Origin: Botryllus schlosseri
Lineage: Eukaryota
Assembly (NCBI GenBank): GCA_051294905.1
Contig: CM119379.1
Location: 16,244,001-16,308,000 of the forward strand
Direction of reading: 5' to 3'
Length of the DNA: 64,000 nt
This document shows positions 61,945-64,000 of the stretch, piece after piece; the first letter of the stretch is position 1, and every line of letters starts with the position of its first letter. The notes below the pieces were generated by a model. It was not told the DNA's origin. It was given only the letters and a program-made list of their open reading frames with translations, and did no database searches. The translations under genes were made by a program, and so were the position numbers.

Positions 61945-64000
61945 CTGGATGCAACACGGTTAAGTCTCCGGTGAAACATCCGAAACTCTGCTATACATAC
62001 CTGAAACCTCTGTTGTATGATCGGAAGCTTTGACATCCTCGTGCTTTCTTTTCTTGCTCTTTTTCTTCCGTTTTCTCTCGTGAGAGTTGTCTTTTTCCTC
62101 AGCATCAGGCTCTGGACGCAGCACAGAAAAGCAGTGATTCTTAAATGTTTCTATGCTCTAATTTTAATTCTTCAATTTCTGGTTATCCTCAAAACTTAAT
62201 AGAACTGTATGGTGCGAAATGATCAGATTGATGTTGTATTTCTTTCTTAACGGAAATTTGAAAAAAAACACTAGCTATAATTCTAATTGTAATCTAATTT
62301 GGAAGAGCTGAGGCTTTTCTACTCATTCAACTCCAGTCCGGCGTCCCCCGAGCATTTCTGCCCCATTCAAAATCAAAATCGCCCCTTGTGAGGTGTTAGC
62401 GTCAAGGTCAAGAAGCACTCGGGTGATATATCGGAAACTATACTATACTATACAAACCTGAAACCTCCAGTGTACAATCGGATGCTTTTTCATCCTCCTG
62501 CTTCCTCTTTTTTGTATTTTTACTCTCTCGAAAATTGTCTTCCTCGGCGTCACGCTCTGGATGCAACACAGTAAAGTACACCATACCGCAAAATATCGGC
62601 AACTCCGCTATACATTACCTGAAACCTCTGTGGTGTGATTGGATATTTTGACATCCTCCTGCTTCATCTTCTTGCTCTTACTGAGCATGTTCTTACTGAT
62701 TTCTCTCTCGTCATTACCGACACCATCACCAAACACTAGACACGGTAAATGGTCAAAGTAGTCAGCGTTGCCAGTCAAGCAGAACTAACGCCGTAAGTTT
62801 ATACACAAAGTGCGATGAAATAGGTATGGCCAAAGTACTAAAGTAAGACTGATTTTTAAGACTGATTCCACTACTTCTTCAGATGGTGATTTTTTTTAGG
62901 ACTGCTACTGCTTCCACTTGACGGTTCTATGTTTGCTGCTTCTGCATATACTTCAGCAGAAATTTATGTCACTGTGGCTCTGCAGTTTTCACACAAAATT
63001 TGTCTAAAGCGTCACGCAGGCGTTCGAGAACCACTGGTCTAAAACACATACTTGCAGTGTTTCTTGAAGCAGCCAAAGCCAGCGGTTCACGAACACCGGT
63101 CCGACGAATAGAATTTAGTATTTAAATTCTAAAATTCTAGAAGTTGGTCGCTTGTCCATAAATTATAGAACTAAAGCATCAAATTTGAAACTGATTTAGA
63201 AGTTTGGAACACATTTTTGTGTGCTGTCGTAATTGATAGTCTACTTTGGGCGTACCTCACAATAGGGAAGGTGTTGCACGAAACTGTTTACAAGTATAGT
63301 CTAAAACTTGTTTCCGACAAGTTATATGAGAAAGTTAGGGAGACTGTTAAACAAACATCATTTAACTCATACTGTGAAAGTGTGGTAGCATAATAGAGGC
63401 TATAGCAAATGGTAAAAGTCGCATTTCTATCAAAGGATACCGAACAAACACAATTGAGTTACTGGCCTTTAACAGGACTTTCGTGAGCTTCGACTTTGAA
63501 ACTTCAATAAAACCACTTATAAATATCTAGTTACATTTGAGTTGAATATAGTTGCCGTAATTAAATTTATGGTTGATATTGATCTTGTAAGGTTTACCGG
63601 CCCGCAACATTTGTTTTCAAGTTTTACCGGTTCGCGACGTCAAAAAGGTTGAGAACCACACGTTATTGCTGTACTCGCGCGGAAATTTATGCTGCTTCCT
63701 CTACAAATACCAGTGATGGCTTACTTTATCTTCCGTTTCTAACCAAAACTAGGCCTGGAAATCGCTACTTCTGCTTGTGTTTGAATAGAAATTTACGTTA
63801 TTGCATTCTAATTTGATCACCTCCATCTCTTACCCAACTGTTGCCGAACTTTTTGTTTCAAGATTCCGTCGGGAGACTTGAACATCGCTTTCACTTCCGA
63901 CAAAGGCGACTCGGGTATAATCGTGATGTCTTTTTGCGGAGTCGCCGCAATCGTGTCGTTGGCAAAGTCGTCGTCGGCAAAGTCTTCATGCGAAAATGCT
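61862..64000 (-). CDS. 3' part of an unidentified gene with a Lys/Glu-rich repeated C-terminal tail (5' end beyond the window)
   Basis: Join (minus) >64000-63834, 62735-62619, 62556-62458, 62111-62001, 61944-61862. All junctions are phase-1 GT-AG, the frame is open to TAA, and AATAAA lies at 61701-61706. Confidence 0.75.
62001..62111 (-). CDS. unidentified gene, repeat exon C (111 nt)
   Basis: gctgcgtccag|AG...TCA G|GTATGT; EPDAEEKDNSHERKRKKKSKKRKHEDVKASDHTTEVS. Confidence 0.82.
62458..62556 (-). CDS. unidentified gene, repeat exon B (99 nt)
   Basis: gttgcatccag|AG...TCA G|GTTTGT; ERDAEEDNFRESKNTKKRKQEDEKASDCTLEVS. Confidence 0.8.
62619..62735 (-). CDS. unidentified gene, repeat exon A (117 nt)
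   Basis: gtgtctag|TG...TCA G|GTAATG; ...SKSKKMKQEDVKISNHTTEVS. Confidence 0.8.
63834..64000 (-). CDS. unidentified gene, internal exon (AFSHEDFADDDFANDTIAATPQKDITIIPESPLSEVKAMFKSPDGILKQKVRQQL)
   Basis: The only stop-free frame; donor G|GTAAGA at 63833. Confidence 0.7.

Overview
This is eukaryotic (animal) genomic DNA: AT-rich, with minimal introns of 56-62 bp, which suggests an ascidian/tunicate-like compact genome (inference). I assembled three spliced protein-coding genes by hand. (1) A complete Tbx2/3 (omb-class T-box) gene on the minus strand, 6 coding exons over 10111-22793, 729 aa. (2) A complete RWDD4 gene on the plus strand, 7 exons over 53239-56710, 186 aa. (3) The 3' end of an unidentified minus-strand gene (61862 to beyond 64000) whose Lys/Glu-rich tail is built from tandemly duplicated, frame-symmetric exons. 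Most ORFs in the six-frame track are spurious. The ~30 kb between Tbx2/3 and RWDD4 and both flanks carry many non-autonomous elements. These include about 12 hAT-type MITEs bounded by 8-bp TSDs, a ~650-bp foldback element, a hairpin-core MITE family and two tRNA-derived SINE families (one MetaSINE-like). At 58.8-61.6 kb there is a multi-level nested insertion. The Tbx2/3 body and proximal upstream region lack intact TSD-bounded elements, and intron 1 holds an exact BMP/Smad composite element. I found no CRISPR array, rRNA, true tRNA or intact transposase. I found nothing I can defend as a wholly new biological system. The best leads are the repeated-exon gene with stop-containing exon-like cassettes, the BMP element, the MITE nest and the SINEs.
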